From the NCBI GenBank assembly GCA_902826695.1, contig CADEFU010000013.1:1-64000 (forward strand): DNA of 64,000 bases, written 5' to 3'. Source of the DNA: an uncultured Alphaproteobacteria bacterium (GTDB lineage: Bacteria > Pseudomonadota > Alphaproteobacteria > Micropepsales > Micropepsaceae). This document shows positions 1-10,891 of the stretch, piece after piece (positions within the stretch are counted from its first letter, which is position 1; each line of letters begins with the position of its first letter). The position numbers were made by a program, and so were the translations under genes. Under the pieces are notes generated by a model. It was not told where the DNA came from. It searched no databases and worked only from the letters and a program-made list of their open reading frames with translations.

Positions 1-54
1 ATGTGTTAGGCCTGCCGCCAGCGTTCGTTCTGAGCCAGGATCAAACTCTCAAGT
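1..54 (-). rRNA. rrs: 16S ribosomal RNA, 5' end only; the gene continues off the left edge of the window
   Basis: Reverse complement of 1-54 is AACTTGAGAGTTTGATCCTGGCTCAGAACGAACGCTGGCGGCAGGCCTAACACAT. This is the universal bacterial 16S 5' terminus (the 8F/27F primer site) followed by the alphaproteobacterial-type leader GAACGAACGCTGGCGGCAGGC. Confidence 0.85.
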
Positions 55-636
55 TCAGCTAATGGCTGAGAAGCCACCAGTCCAACCTTTGAGCGTCCTT
101 AGCTCTCTATACTTGAATCGCAAAAGCAAACCCTACCGTTCAGCTTCCGTTTGCACGGAATCCGAACGAACAGGTTCCTTTAGTCGGATTACGCCGGTGA
201 AGGCGCAATCCGCACACAATCAAGAAAGAGAACGTTAGACAGTTTCAAAGTATTGGTCTGATGACCAACGCTCGTCACGCCGCCCACATCCCCCTTCCCG
301 GTTTAACAAATTGTCAAGTCGCAGCCGCTCGGCGAACAAAGAAGCGCCCGTGCGAGGTGCTCGCACGAAACGCACCCACTACCCATCCGAGGGAATTCCC
401 GCCGAAGCCGCGCGTTAGCGCGTCCTTGCGAGAGGCGCGGAAACTATGCCCGCCCTTTGGTTAAGTCAACGGCTTCTTACACCAAAATTGTCGCATCCAC
501 AGGTTCGTAAACTGGCTGAAATCCTTGTGGCGTAACCTTGAGGGCCGGTTTCCGTCGCTTGGAGAAGCCGGCAAGTGCACTTTCGCGCGGGTTGACCGGG
601 CCGAAAAAGGCCGGAATCGATGGGTTTCTCTGAGCC

Positions 637-2007
637 TTGAGCCCGAAGATGGCCAGGCCGGTTTGGTTGGGGGTTGGTTGGGTGTCGTCGGGTACACGGC
701 CTCAAGGTTTGGCGTTTGAGCGGCGGCGCTTCGCGGCCGCAGCGCTTTTCGTCGGCGGCACCCTCACTCTGCTCTATCTCGGCATCAGCAGCGCGGTTGC
801 AGCGCGACGCGCGGCGCTCGATGCCGATGCGTTGGAAAAAGCGCGGATCGTGCTCACGCTTCAGGAGTTGCGCCCGCTTGGTCCGGATGTGCGGACGATC
901 GAGGTCGAGCGCGGCGATACGCTCACCGGCATTCTGGTTGATCAGGGCATCGCCGACTTCGAGGCGCGGGCGGCTGTGAGCGCGCTTTCGGCGGTGTACG
1001 ATCCGACGTCCATTCGCGCCCGTCAAACTGTCACCGTAACATTTGCGCCGGAAGGATCACCGCTCGTCTCGATCGCGTTGAAGCCGAGTGTCGAGCGCGA
1101 TTTGCTTATTAAACGCGGCGAAGACGGGGCGTTTGCCGTTGAAGACAACGTCAAGCAACTGGCCGCCGTTGAGCGCCGCGCGAAAGGCGTGATCGACGGG
1201 TCGCTTTATGCGTCGGCTGTGGCGGCCGGCGTACCGGACGCCGTGGTCGTCGATCTCATTCACATCTACTCGTACGATGTCGACTTCCAGCGCGAGGTCA
1301 AAGCGGGCGACAAGTTCGATCTGCTTTACACGACCTATGTCGACGAGACCGGTGCCGCGATCAAGGGCGGCGATATTCAGTACGCGGAGCTTACGCTCGG
1401 CCGCGAGAAGAAGCCGCTCTACCGCTTCACGACTGCCGACGATAACGTCACCGACTACTACACGCCCAAGGGCTGGTCCGGTAAGCGGCAGCTGATGCGC
1501 ACGCCGGTCGATGGGGCGCGGCTGTCGTCGAAGTTCGGGCTGCGGCGGCATCCGGTTCTCGGCTACACGAAGATGCACAAGGGCGTGGACTTCGCGGCGC
1601 CGAAGGGGACGCCGGTCATGGCGTCGGGTAACGGCGTCGTGAGACAAGCGCGCTGGCACGGCGGCTACGGCAACTTTATCGAGCTCACTCACTCCAACTC
1701 CTATTCGACCGGGTATGGGCATCTGTCGCGGATTGCGCGGGGGATTAAGCCCGGGGTGCGCGTGCGGCAGGGGCAAGTCATTGCCTATGTCGGTTCCACC
1801 GGACGCTCCACCGGGCCGCATCTGCACTACGAAGTCATGCTCAAGTCCAAGCAGATCAACCCGATGGGCGTGAAGTTGCCGACGGGGCGCGAGTTGACGG
1901 GCAAGGATCTGCTCGCTTTTCAGGCGAATGTCGGGCGCGTACAGACGGCTTTGAATGCTGTGCCTGGCGAAGGGGCCAAGGTTGCGCAAGCGCGGACGCT
2001 GCCTTAG
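637..2007 (+). CDS. M23 family metallopeptidase (murein DD-endopeptidase-like) with an N-terminal TM/signal region
   Basis: The C-terminal region GVDFAAPKGTPVMASGNGVV...GYGNFIELTHSNSYSTGYGHLSRIA...GSTGRSTGPHLHYEV matches the M23/LytM HxxxD...HxH zinc-site pattern. Codon 637 is TTG; an in-frame ATG lies at 649. Confidence 0.85.
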   Translation: MSPKMARPVWLGVGWVSSGTRPQGLAFERRRFAAAALFVGGTLTLLYLGISSAVAARRAALDADALEKARIVLTLQELRPLGPDVRTIEVERGDTLTGILVDQGIADFEARAAVSALSAVYDPTSIRARQTVTVTFAPEGSPLVSIALKPSVERDLLIKRGEDGAFAVEDNVKQLAAVERRAKGVIDGSLYASAVAAGVPDAVVVDLIHIYSYDVDFQREVKAGDKFDLLYTTYVDETGAAIKGGDIQYAELTLGREKKPLYRFTTADDNVTDYYTPKGWSGKRQLMRTPVDGARLSSKFGLRRHPVLGYTKMHKGVDFAAPKGTPVMASGNGVVRQARWHGGYGNFIELTHSNSYSTGYGHLSRIARGIKPGVRVRQGQVIAYVGSTGRSTGPHLHYEVMLKSKQINPMGVKLPTGRELTGKDLLAFQANVGRVQTALNAVPGEGAKVAQARTLP

Positions 2008-2016
2008 CGTTCATTG

Positions 2017-2474
2017 ATGATCGACATCCTCTTTGCCGGCGCGATGGCCTGGCAGTTCGCGACCGAGCGCGATCCGCTCGGTCAGTCCGTTTACGTCGCC
2101 GAGATTGCGCCCGATGAAACGCGATCGCTGCGCTATTTGTGCGGCGGCGTGACGGGCGTCGTCTTGCAGTTCAATCTCGGCGAGACGGAGCACGGGCCGG
2201 GCGCTTTCTCGGCGGCGGAGCCAAAGCCGGAAGAGGTGCAGTTTTCCTTTCTTGAGGGCGCTTACGATACGTTGGCAGCACGCGCCCCGATCGCGGATGG
2301 CCTGGGCACCTACGAGATCAAGGGTAGCGAGGCGGCGTTCGTGGCCGGGCTTTTCAAGGACAGCGATGCCGTCACGGTGAAGCGGGGCAATGTCTCCTTT
2401 CAATTTCCGCTCGACGGCGCCCGGGGCGCGATCGACGAGGCGATGAGTGCGTGCCCGTTCAAGTATCCCGATCT

Positions 2475-2481
<7 letters not shown>
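2017..2481 (+). CDS. Small conserved hypothetical, possibly invasion-associated locus B (IalB)-like
   Basis: 154-aa ORF from the ATG at 2017. It has a conserved Cys pair (LRYLCGG...MSAC) and a C-terminal [14 protein letters not shown] resembling the IalB PLKGFNEAYDRM ending. The assignment is weak. The ORF overlaps the clpB stop by 7 nt (convergent). Confidence 0.4.
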
Positions 2482-5072
<2,591 letters not shown>

Positions 5073-5325
5073 GGGGTCAGTCTCTCAGACTCAATGTGCT
5101 TCTGGTGGCATGCCGGGAATCGGGGTTGTGGTCGTTATCATGGCCGGGCTTGGGTCGATCACCCAGCGGCCGCGCGTGAGGCGCGGGAGAGAGACAGTTG
5201 CGTTCCGCTTGCGCGGCCCCCGCTTTGCCGTCTCTCGCGCGCACGAAAGCGTGGACGTTTCCGCGCGCACCGGATGACCGACCCAGGCCCGGCCATGATG
5301 GTCGTTGGGGTCGTCGTGAGAATGC

Positions 5326-5355
5326 ATTTGGGGAGCGTTTTTTCGCTTGCAAGGG
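5326..5355 (-). promoter_or_regulatory. Candidate sigma32 (RpoH) heat-shock promoter for clpB
   Basis: The minus strand reads CCCTTGCAAgcgaaaaaaacgctCCCCAAATg, i.e. CTTGCAA-N14-CCCCAAAT against the consensus CTTGAAA-N13-15-CCCCATNT. It sits about 255 nt upstream of the clpB ATG. Confidence 0.4.
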
Positions 5356-5410
5356 CTTGATGTGCGGCGCGTTCGACCGGGGGTTGCGGCTGAGATGCAA
5401 AATCGAATCC

Positions 5411-5489
5411 GTTAGAAGCGTTAGATTGGCTCAAGTCTGCGGCTCTTGCCGTTAGATAGGCGTTAGAAATGCGTTTGCCTTGCGTTAGA
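5411..5489. repeat. Five direct GTTAGA hexamers, two of them as GTTAGA-N3/5-GTTAGA doublets
   Basis: GTTAGA occurs at 5411, 5420, 5451, 5462 and 5484 (all preceded by C/G-G/C) within 80 bp. The array lies between the stop of ORF 5494-6669 and the candidate clpB sigma32 promoter. Confidence 0.5.
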
Positions 5490-5493
5490 TCAA

Positions 5494-6669
5494 TCATGAT
5501 TCACCTCCGAGCAAAGCGCGCGCAACTGGATCAGCCAGATAACGCGCGTAAGCGGTGAGCAACGCGTCCGCCTTGTAGCCGCGAAACGCCGGGGCATGCG
5601 GCGGGAAAATTATCTGCGGCCTCACATCGAAGCGCGCCAAGCGCTTGGCAAGGCCGCGGGGCGTGAGTTTCGCGCCGTAGTCGCAGGCGTTCCACGGACT
5701 ATCGGGATCGCGCGTCAGGGCGTCGACGAGCTGCGTGCTTGAGGCGTGGGTGTCGCTTATGCCTTCGATGCGGCGGATGTCGCGAAGCAGCGCGCGGGGC
5801 GATGTCGGCGGCTCGAGGTGATCGGGGTGTGCGAATTGGCTGGCCGCGACACGGGCGGCGGCGATGGCGCCCTCGCCCAGCACTTCGGCGCAGATGAAGA
5901 GCGGTGTCCAGGTTTCGGCGGCGGCGGGACTGAGGAATGCCGGGAGCGCGGGTTCGGGCAGTTCGTTGGCCAGCAGAAGCGTGGTGCCGAGGCTTGCGAA
6001 TTCTTCGCGGAGCGCGCGCGCTTCGTCGGGCGCATCGGCGAGAGGCAGCCTCACCCTGCCCGCCTCCGTCAGGGCGGGCGCCATGGACAGCACGATCGCG
6101 TGCGCGAGGATGTCGTCACTTAGGCTTGCGTCCGTCGCGAGCGCGAGCGGCGCGGCGCAACGACGAAGCGTCGGCGGTGCGGTTCGCGTGCGGCGGTGGA
6201 GCAGCGCGCCATCGCCGTGCGCGCCCGCCGCAATCAACGCGCGCATGTCGCGGCGCGCAAGCGTGGCGTTCGCCGCATCGTCGAGAAGCAACGTCGCCTG
6301 CTCGTGCGCAAGCAGGTCGAGCACGTGGGCCGCCGTCGCCCGCGCGACGAGGCGCGGCGCGGGCGTGAGCCAGCGCAAAATGCGCAACGCGCGGGCGTGA
6401 TCGGCGCTCGCGTCGCGGGCGTGCAGGATGAGACGCGGGGACACTTCGAACCGCGCGTGCGCGTGGGTGTGCTGCGCCCAGAGCGCGAGCGTGTCGAGCG
6501 CGGGGGGCGGTTCCGCGAGGTAGCGCGCGAGGAAGGTGCGCGCGCGGGGGAGCAGGGTTGCGTTCGCCGCTGGTGGGGGCACGGCGAATGCGAGGGAATT
6601 CCGTGCCGACATCTGGGATGGCCGGATGGCTGTTTCAGTCGCGAGCAGATTAGAACATTTCATGAACAT
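5494..6669 (-). CDS. Hypothetical protein (Ala/Leu/Arg-rich, 391 aa), family not recognised
   Basis: Longest ORF in the region, with an ATG start at 6669. The opposite-strand frames give Ser/Arg-rich artefact translations, supporting this strand. No recognisable motif. Confidence 0.5.
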   Translation of the reverse strand: MFMKCSNLLATETAIRPSQMSARNSLAFAVPPPAANATLLPRARTFLARYLAEPPPALDTLALWAQHTHAHARFEVSPRLILHARDASADHARALRILRWLTPAPRLVARATAAHVLDLLAHEQATLLLDDAANATLARRDMRALIAAGAHGDGALLHRRTRTAPPTLRRCAAPLALATDASLSDDILAHAIVLSMAPALTEAGRVRLPLADAPDEARALREEFASLGTTLLLANELPEPALPAFLSPAAAETWTPLFICAEVLGEGAIAAARVAASQFAHPDHLEPPTSPRALLRDIRRIEGISDTHASSTQLVDALTRDPDSPWNACDYGAKLTPRGLAKRLARFDVRPQIIFPPHAPAFRGYKADALLTAYARYLADPVARALLGGES

Positions 6670-6877
6670 TTCAAGTGAAAACTGGCGCTTTTATGCGGTT
6701 CCGCTAAGGATGGCGGCGTTGGAATGGGAGATTTCTCTGTGGCAATAGGCAACGGCTCTTGAGAGCGGGCGATCTCCGAGCCTGCCCGCTCTTGCGGCGG
6801 CTGAACGGCAGCGGTGCCTCATGGGGACACCATTACCTGTCGCCGCATTCTGTCGGCCGGCCTATGCCTGTGCGAGT

Positions 6878-7951
6878 CTACTGAACAAGCTTTTTCGCTT
6901 GGGCCAGCAGTCGGTCGCATGTCGCGAGGGGATCGGCTTTTTTCTTTTGTTCGTAGGCTTCGAGGGAGCCGAAGGTGTTTTTCTTGGCTTCGTTGAGGAG
7001 GGCCGTTTGGCGGGCGCCGAAGCGGGCTCGGGCTGTTTTCTCTTGGCGTTCCATCCGTTGTTTGTAGTCGTCGCCGAGGCCCTCTTCGGTCGCGATAGTA
7101 TCCTCAAGGAGTTGCTTGCGGAATTTGGCGATGTCGCCGTCGTAGCGTTCCTTGATCTCAAGGGCCGCGGTCGCTTCGCCGAAAGTGTACGAAGCGAGAT
7201 AGTAGCAACGGACCACTTCCATCTTTGTCTGCGCTTCGGCGGGATCGGTGTCTTCGAGAACGAGCGCGACGTCCGCATTGGGCGTTACGCGGTCCCAAGC
7301 GACGGCACGTTCCGCCGCGAGGCGCATCTCGCGCGGTTCGAGCAGTGCCTCGGCCATGAATGCCGCGCCGGTCATGCTGCGCATCAGCGACAGGAATTGG
7401 GAGACTTCCCGGTCGGGATCGAAGAGTAGGAAATTCGATGCGCGAATGATTCCCGCGTGGAAGATGAAACGGGCGTTCACCCTGTCGCCCGCGAGCATCA
7501 GCGGTTCGCCGGCGAGCATCAGCAGCAGGGCGCCATATTTTTCGGGCGCCGCCTCGATGATCTTCGCGGCGGCGATACGGTCTTCACTCGCGTTCGTTCG
7601 GCTTAGCCTTTTGGCGAGCGCGTCCGATTCCGCGTCGGACTTCAGCGTATGCGGAGCGTAAAGGCGGCGGCAAAATTGCCATGTGCTGTCGCGTATGAAC
7701 TGTTCGTGGCCGGCTAATTCCTTCCGCTTCGCCTCCACGTCAGCGTCGATCCCATCGCGCCGGTCTGACGGCGCGGCGAAGTCGTCTTCGATTTTCGCGA
7801 TTGCTCTTTTGCTGCGCGCATCGCTGGCGTCCTGTGGCGGGCGTTCGCTGATCGCCTTGCATCGCACCAGCGTTTCGTACTTCCACTGGTCATGCGAGGA
7901 CGTTGCCGCCGCGAGCACGAGAGAGAGCGATAGTCCGACGGCGGTGAGCAC
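6878..7951 (-). CDS. Hypothetical secreted protein (357 aa)
   Basis: GTG start, with an N-terminal hydrophobic segment LTAVGLSLSLVLAAATSS consistent with a signal peptide. The body is charged and lacks Cys. No family recognised. Confidence 0.5.
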   Translation of the reverse strand: MLTAVGLSLSLVLAAATSSHDQWKYETLVRCKAISERPPQDASDARSKRAIAKIEDDFAAPSDRRDGIDADVEAKRKELAGHEQFIRDSTWQFCRRLYAPHTLKSDAESDALAKRLSRTNASEDRIAAAKIIEAAPEKYGALLLMLAGEPLMLAGDRVNARFIFHAGIIRASNFLLFDPDREVSQFLSLMRSMTGAAFMAEALLEPREMRLAAERAVAWDRVTPNADVALVLEDTDPAEAQTKMEVVRCYYLASYTFGEATAALEIKERYDGDIAKFRKQLLEDTIATEEGLGDDYKQRMERQEKTARARFGARQTALLNEAKKNTFGSLEAYEQKKKADPLATCDRLLAQAKKLVQ

Positions 7952-8125
7952 TTGGGTCCTTTCGCGCTGCCGCGCAGTTGCGCACTGGCGAAAGACTTAG
8001 CACATGGTGGCAGCGTCGTCCCTCCCCCGCCCGCGGGGGAGGATGGCGTCTGGTTCACTTCGTTGCGGTTTTTGTTTGCGGCATGGGAGAATTCGACTCG
8101 CCGCCGTGCAGCGTCGCCCATACTT

Positions 8126-8461
8126 CTAGGTCTTCCTCACGAAGGCCGATTTTAGCTTCATCGCGCCGATGCCGTCGATGCGGCAGTCGATGTCGTGATC
8201 GCCACCGACGAGGCGGATGTTCTTCACTTTCGTGCCGACTTTGACGACTTGCGACGACCCTTTGACTTTCAAATCCTTGATGACCGTCACCGTGTCGCCG
8301 TCGGCGAGGGCATTGCCATTTGCGTCACGGATGACGGCGTCCGCTTCTGCGGCTTCTTGGGTGGGCGACCATTCGTGCGCGCATTCCGGGCAGATGAACA
8401 GCGGTCCATCCTGATACGTGAGCGTTGAGTTGCACTTCGGGCAAGGCGGAAATTCGCTCAC
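8126..8461 (-). CDS. phnA: PhnA/YjdC-like zinc-ribbon protein
   Basis: The region from [31 protein letters not shown] onward (aa 15-125) aligns essentially end to end with E. coli PhnA (CPKCNS...ICPECAHEW...[10 protein letters not shown]...[25 protein letters not shown]). The start is a GTG at 8461; the track start at 8503 is also GTG. Confidence 0.8.
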   Translation of the reverse strand: MSEFPPCPKCNSTLTYQDGPLFICPECAHEWSPTQEAAEADAVIRDANGNALADGDTVTVIKDLKVKGSSQVVKVGTKVKNIRLVGGDHDIDCRIDGIGAMKLKSAFVRKT

Positions 8462-8551
8462 GGTTAAGTTCCAAGTTGGGGCGACGGCCGGGACTATTGC
8501 CACTAGAGGGCCCGGGAAGGGTCATCCGCCGCGACCGCGGCGGGGCGCGGC

Positions 8552-9007
8552 TCAATCGTTGATGGGCTTGGCCATGACCGGCGCCGGCGGGGCCGGCGGC
8601 TCAGCTTGCGCGGTCGCGGGGGTCAATTTGATGATCACGGTGCCGTCGTACTTGTTGTCGGCGCCCGTGGCCGCGTCCGTTGCGATTGCAACAGGGCCCA
8701 TGAAGACGCCCCAAAGAATGTTGGCAAAAGCGACCGCCGCCGTTCCGGACTCGTTGAGGAACGAACCTTCGCCGTAGCCGGCCTTCGTGCACTTGACCAT
8801 GATGTCGTGCTTGTTCTTTTTGATGCGCACGATCCCCGGCGTCTGCGGAAGGTTTGCGATTTGCTCGCCCTCACGCTCGAAAACGCAGGCCGCGCCCGGC
8901 GGATCGGTGATCACCTCCACGTGCTGAGAGGTTCCTTCGAACATGGACGCACATCCGCCAAGTGTGGCCATTGCCGCAGTTGCCGCAACTCTTGAAATGC
9001 TGTGCAT
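8552..9007 (-). CDS. Hypothetical lipoprotein
   Basis: ATG start. The N-terminus MHSISRVAATAAMATLGGCASMFEG has a lipobox-like LGGC. The C-terminus is Pro/Ala-rich. Confidence 0.55.
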   Translation of the reverse strand: MHSISRVAATAAMATLGGCASMFEGTSQHVEVITDPPGAACVFEREGEQIANLPQTPGIVRIKKNKHDIMVKCTKAGYGEGSFLNESGTAAVAFANILWGVFMGPVAIATDAATGADNKYDGTVIIKLTPATAQAEPPAPPAPVMAKPIND

Positions 9008-9290
9008 GCCCCTCTCCCCGGTGAGTCCGATGCCGCTTTAGTCTCACATCGAGCCCTGATTTGAGCAAGAGTCGCCCGTGCAAGCGAGTCACCCGGCCGA
9101 GCTGTGGCAGCAGCTAATCCTTAGGCGCTCCATCACACTTGCGTTCGATTTTTGTCGCAGGGGACTTGCGCGACGTAGCGTCCGTCTGTATCCACCGCGC
9201 CCCTTTCATGGGCTGCGGTCCGGGTTCGCTGAATCCCGGCTGGCGCGGGCCGCTCTGCGGTTTCGTGTACCGCCTTTGGACGGGAAAGCC

Positions 9291-9363
9291 GGGCCTGTAG
9301 CTCAGGTGGTAGAGCATCCGTTCAGGCGGAAGGTCGGGGGTTCGACTCCCTTCAGGTCCTCCA
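9291..9363 (+). tRNA. tRNA-like gene with an encoded CCA; the anticodon arm is non-canonical and isotype cannot be assigned
   Basis: Acceptor GGGCCTG/CAGGTCC with a G3-U70 pair, D-arm GCTC-AGGTGGTA-GAGC, variable loop AGGTC, T-arm GGGGG-TTCGACT-CCCTT, discriminator T, then CCA. The anticodon arm is only TCCG-TTCAGG-CGGA, a 4-bp stem closing a 6-nt loop. Confidence 0.55.
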
Positions 9364-9437
9364 TGCGATAGCTCAGTTGGTAGAGCAAAAGGTTAGGGAC
9401 CTTTGGGTCGCGGGTTCGATTCCCGCACGCAACGCCG
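9362..9437 (+). tRNA. Second tRNA-like sequence directly abutting the first; likely degenerate or a pseudogene
   Basis: Good D-arm (GCTC-AGTTGGTA-GAGC), anticodon arm AAAGG-TTAGGGA-CCTTT (anticodon AGG, unusual with A34), variable loop GGGTC and T-arm GCGGG-TTCGATT-CCCGC. Only 4 of 7 acceptor pairs form (CATGCGA vs ACGCAAC). The 3' end is CCG rather than CCA, and the 5' end overlaps the CCA of the upstream tRNA. Confidence 0.3.
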
Positions 9438-9703
9438 AAAGGCATTCGAGACTGAGGAATACCGGCCGGCGTGCCAGCCGGCCGACTGGGGCGCTTCCCG
9501 AAAGGGCGGCGCTTAAGGTTGGACCGGCAGGCGGGTGAACGCTTTGCCCGGCGCTGGATACCGTCGTCTGCGGACGGTGATGAACGCACGCGTACGCGCG
9601 TGCGGGAGGCACCGCGAGGAGGCGACTCAAAGCGCCGGCCGCGGACATCTGTCGGTGCGCTGGCCGGTGTTTCTATTTTGCAATTTTGAAGGAGACGTGG
9701 CCC

Positions 9704-10855
9704 GTGCGCGGAATGTTGAACCTGACGGTGATTGTGAAGGATGACGAGCGGGCGTTGCTCACGCGCGACGGGAAGTTCGTGCGCGTGCTTGGGGCCGGGC
9801 GGCACAAGCTGTTCGATCCGTTCGGGCAGCTTAACGCCGAGACGTTCAAGATCGTGCGCGGGGAGCTCGCGTGGGATCGCTATGCGACGATCGCGTCGGT
9901 CGCGCCGAAGGCGGCGGGCGAGCACTTTGTGCCGGTGCAGACGCAGGCCGGCGAAGTGGCGATCGTGTCGTTCGACGGGCAGCCGACGCACCTGATGGCG
10001 CCGTGGCAGACGCGCGCGTTCTGGAAGGGCGTGAGCAAGGTCGACGTGGAGCGGATCGACGTGAAGGCGTCGCTGCGCATCGAGAAGGCGCATCTGGCGC
10101 GGCTCGACCTAACGCGCGCGAACCCGATGATCACGCAGGCGATCATCGAGTCGCACGAGACGGGGATCGTCTTCGTGGACGGCGCGTTCGTCGAGGAGGT
10201 GAAGGCTGGGCGGCACGCGTTTTGGAACGTCGATCGCACGGTCAAGGTGCAGAAGCTCGATCTGCGTCCGCAGGCGCTTGAGATCACCGCGCAGGAGATC
10301 TTGACGAAGGATCGCGTGTCGGTACGCGTAACCTTGACCGCGTTCTGGCGCGTGGCCGATCCGCTGAAGGCGGTCGCGGGTTCGACCGACATCGCGCAGA
10401 CGCTTTACAAGGTCGCGCAGTTTGCGATCCGCGAGGCGGTGGCGGCGCGTACGCTCGACGACATCTTGGCGGCACGCGACCGGCTGGACGCGGAGCTGCG
10501 CGAGTCGGTCGCTAAGCGGACGGGTGAGCTCGGCGTCGTGGTCGACGAACTCGGCGTCAAGGACGTGATTCTGCCCGGCGAGATCCGCGAGCTGATCAAC
10601 AAGGTGGTCGAGGCGGAACGTACCGCGAAGGCCAACTTGATCCGCCGGCAGGAGGAGACGGCCGCGACTCGCTCGCTCGCCAACACGGCGAAGCTGATGG
10701 AGGACAACAAGCTGCTTCTGCGTTTGAAGGAGCTCGAGTCGCTCGAGAAGCTGGTCGAGAAGGTAGGCCGGATCGACCTGCACGCGGGTCAGGGACAGGG
10801 GCTTGAGGCGATCCTCAAGGGCCTGTTCCGGCTTGAGGGCGACAAGGCTGTCTAG
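9704..10855 (+). CDS. SPFH/band-7 (slipin/stomatin-like) domain protein with a ~190-aa N-terminal extension
   Basis: The C-terminal half (EITAQEILTKDRVSVRVTLTAFWRV...DELGVKDVILPGEIRELINKVVEAERTAKANLIRRQEE) is typical SPFH. An AAGGAG ribosome-binding site at ~9689 precedes the GTG at 9704 and the ATG at 9713; the track start at 9686 is TTG. Confidence 0.8.
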   Translation: MRGMLNLTVIVKDDERALLTRDGKFVRVLGAGRHKLFDPFGQLNAETFKIVRGELAWDRYATIASVAPKAAGEHFVPVQTQAGEVAIVSFDGQPTHLMAPWQTRAFWKGVSKVDVERIDVKASLRIEKAHLARLDLTRANPMITQAIIESHETGIVFVDGAFVEEVKAGRHAFWNVDRTVKVQKLDLRPQALEITAQEILTKDRVSVRVTLTAFWRVADPLKAVAGSTDIAQTLYKVAQFAIREAVAARTLDDILAARDRLDAELRESVAKRTGELGVVVDELGVKDVILPGEIRELINKVVEAERTAKANLIRRQEETAATRSLANTAKLMEDNKLLLRLKELESLEKLVEKVGRIDLHAGQGQGLEAILKGLFRLEGDKAV

Positions 10856-10891
10856 CAGAGTATCCCCGGGGTGATGAGCCCCGGGGTTTGA

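Noticed and set aside
5077-5400. Short ORFs (5077-5400, 5091-5327, 5159-5497, 5198-5455) in the clpB upstream region
   Set aside because: They overlap the proposed heat-shock promoter and leader and have biased composition. No ribosome-binding sites or conserved motifs.
6740-6800. Inverted repeat AGAGCGGGC-N13-GCCCGCTCT downstream of gene 6878-7951 as a terminator
   Set aside because: A plausible stem of 9 bp but a 13-nt loop and no U-run. Noted only as a possibility.
8126-8503. PhnA as evidence of a phosphonate utilisation (phn) operon
   Set aside because: It is a standalone YjdC/PhnA-type zinc-ribbon gene. No phnC-P genes are adjacent, and this protein is frequently found as an orphan.
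9291-9700. Two-piece (permuted) tmRNA, as found in alphaproteobacteria
   Set aside because: The first tRNA-like element has G3-U70, like tRNA-Ala and tmRNA. However there is no tag-peptide reading frame (no ANDN.A...AA coding stretch) in the following 260 bp, and the element order does not fit the permuted ssrA layout.
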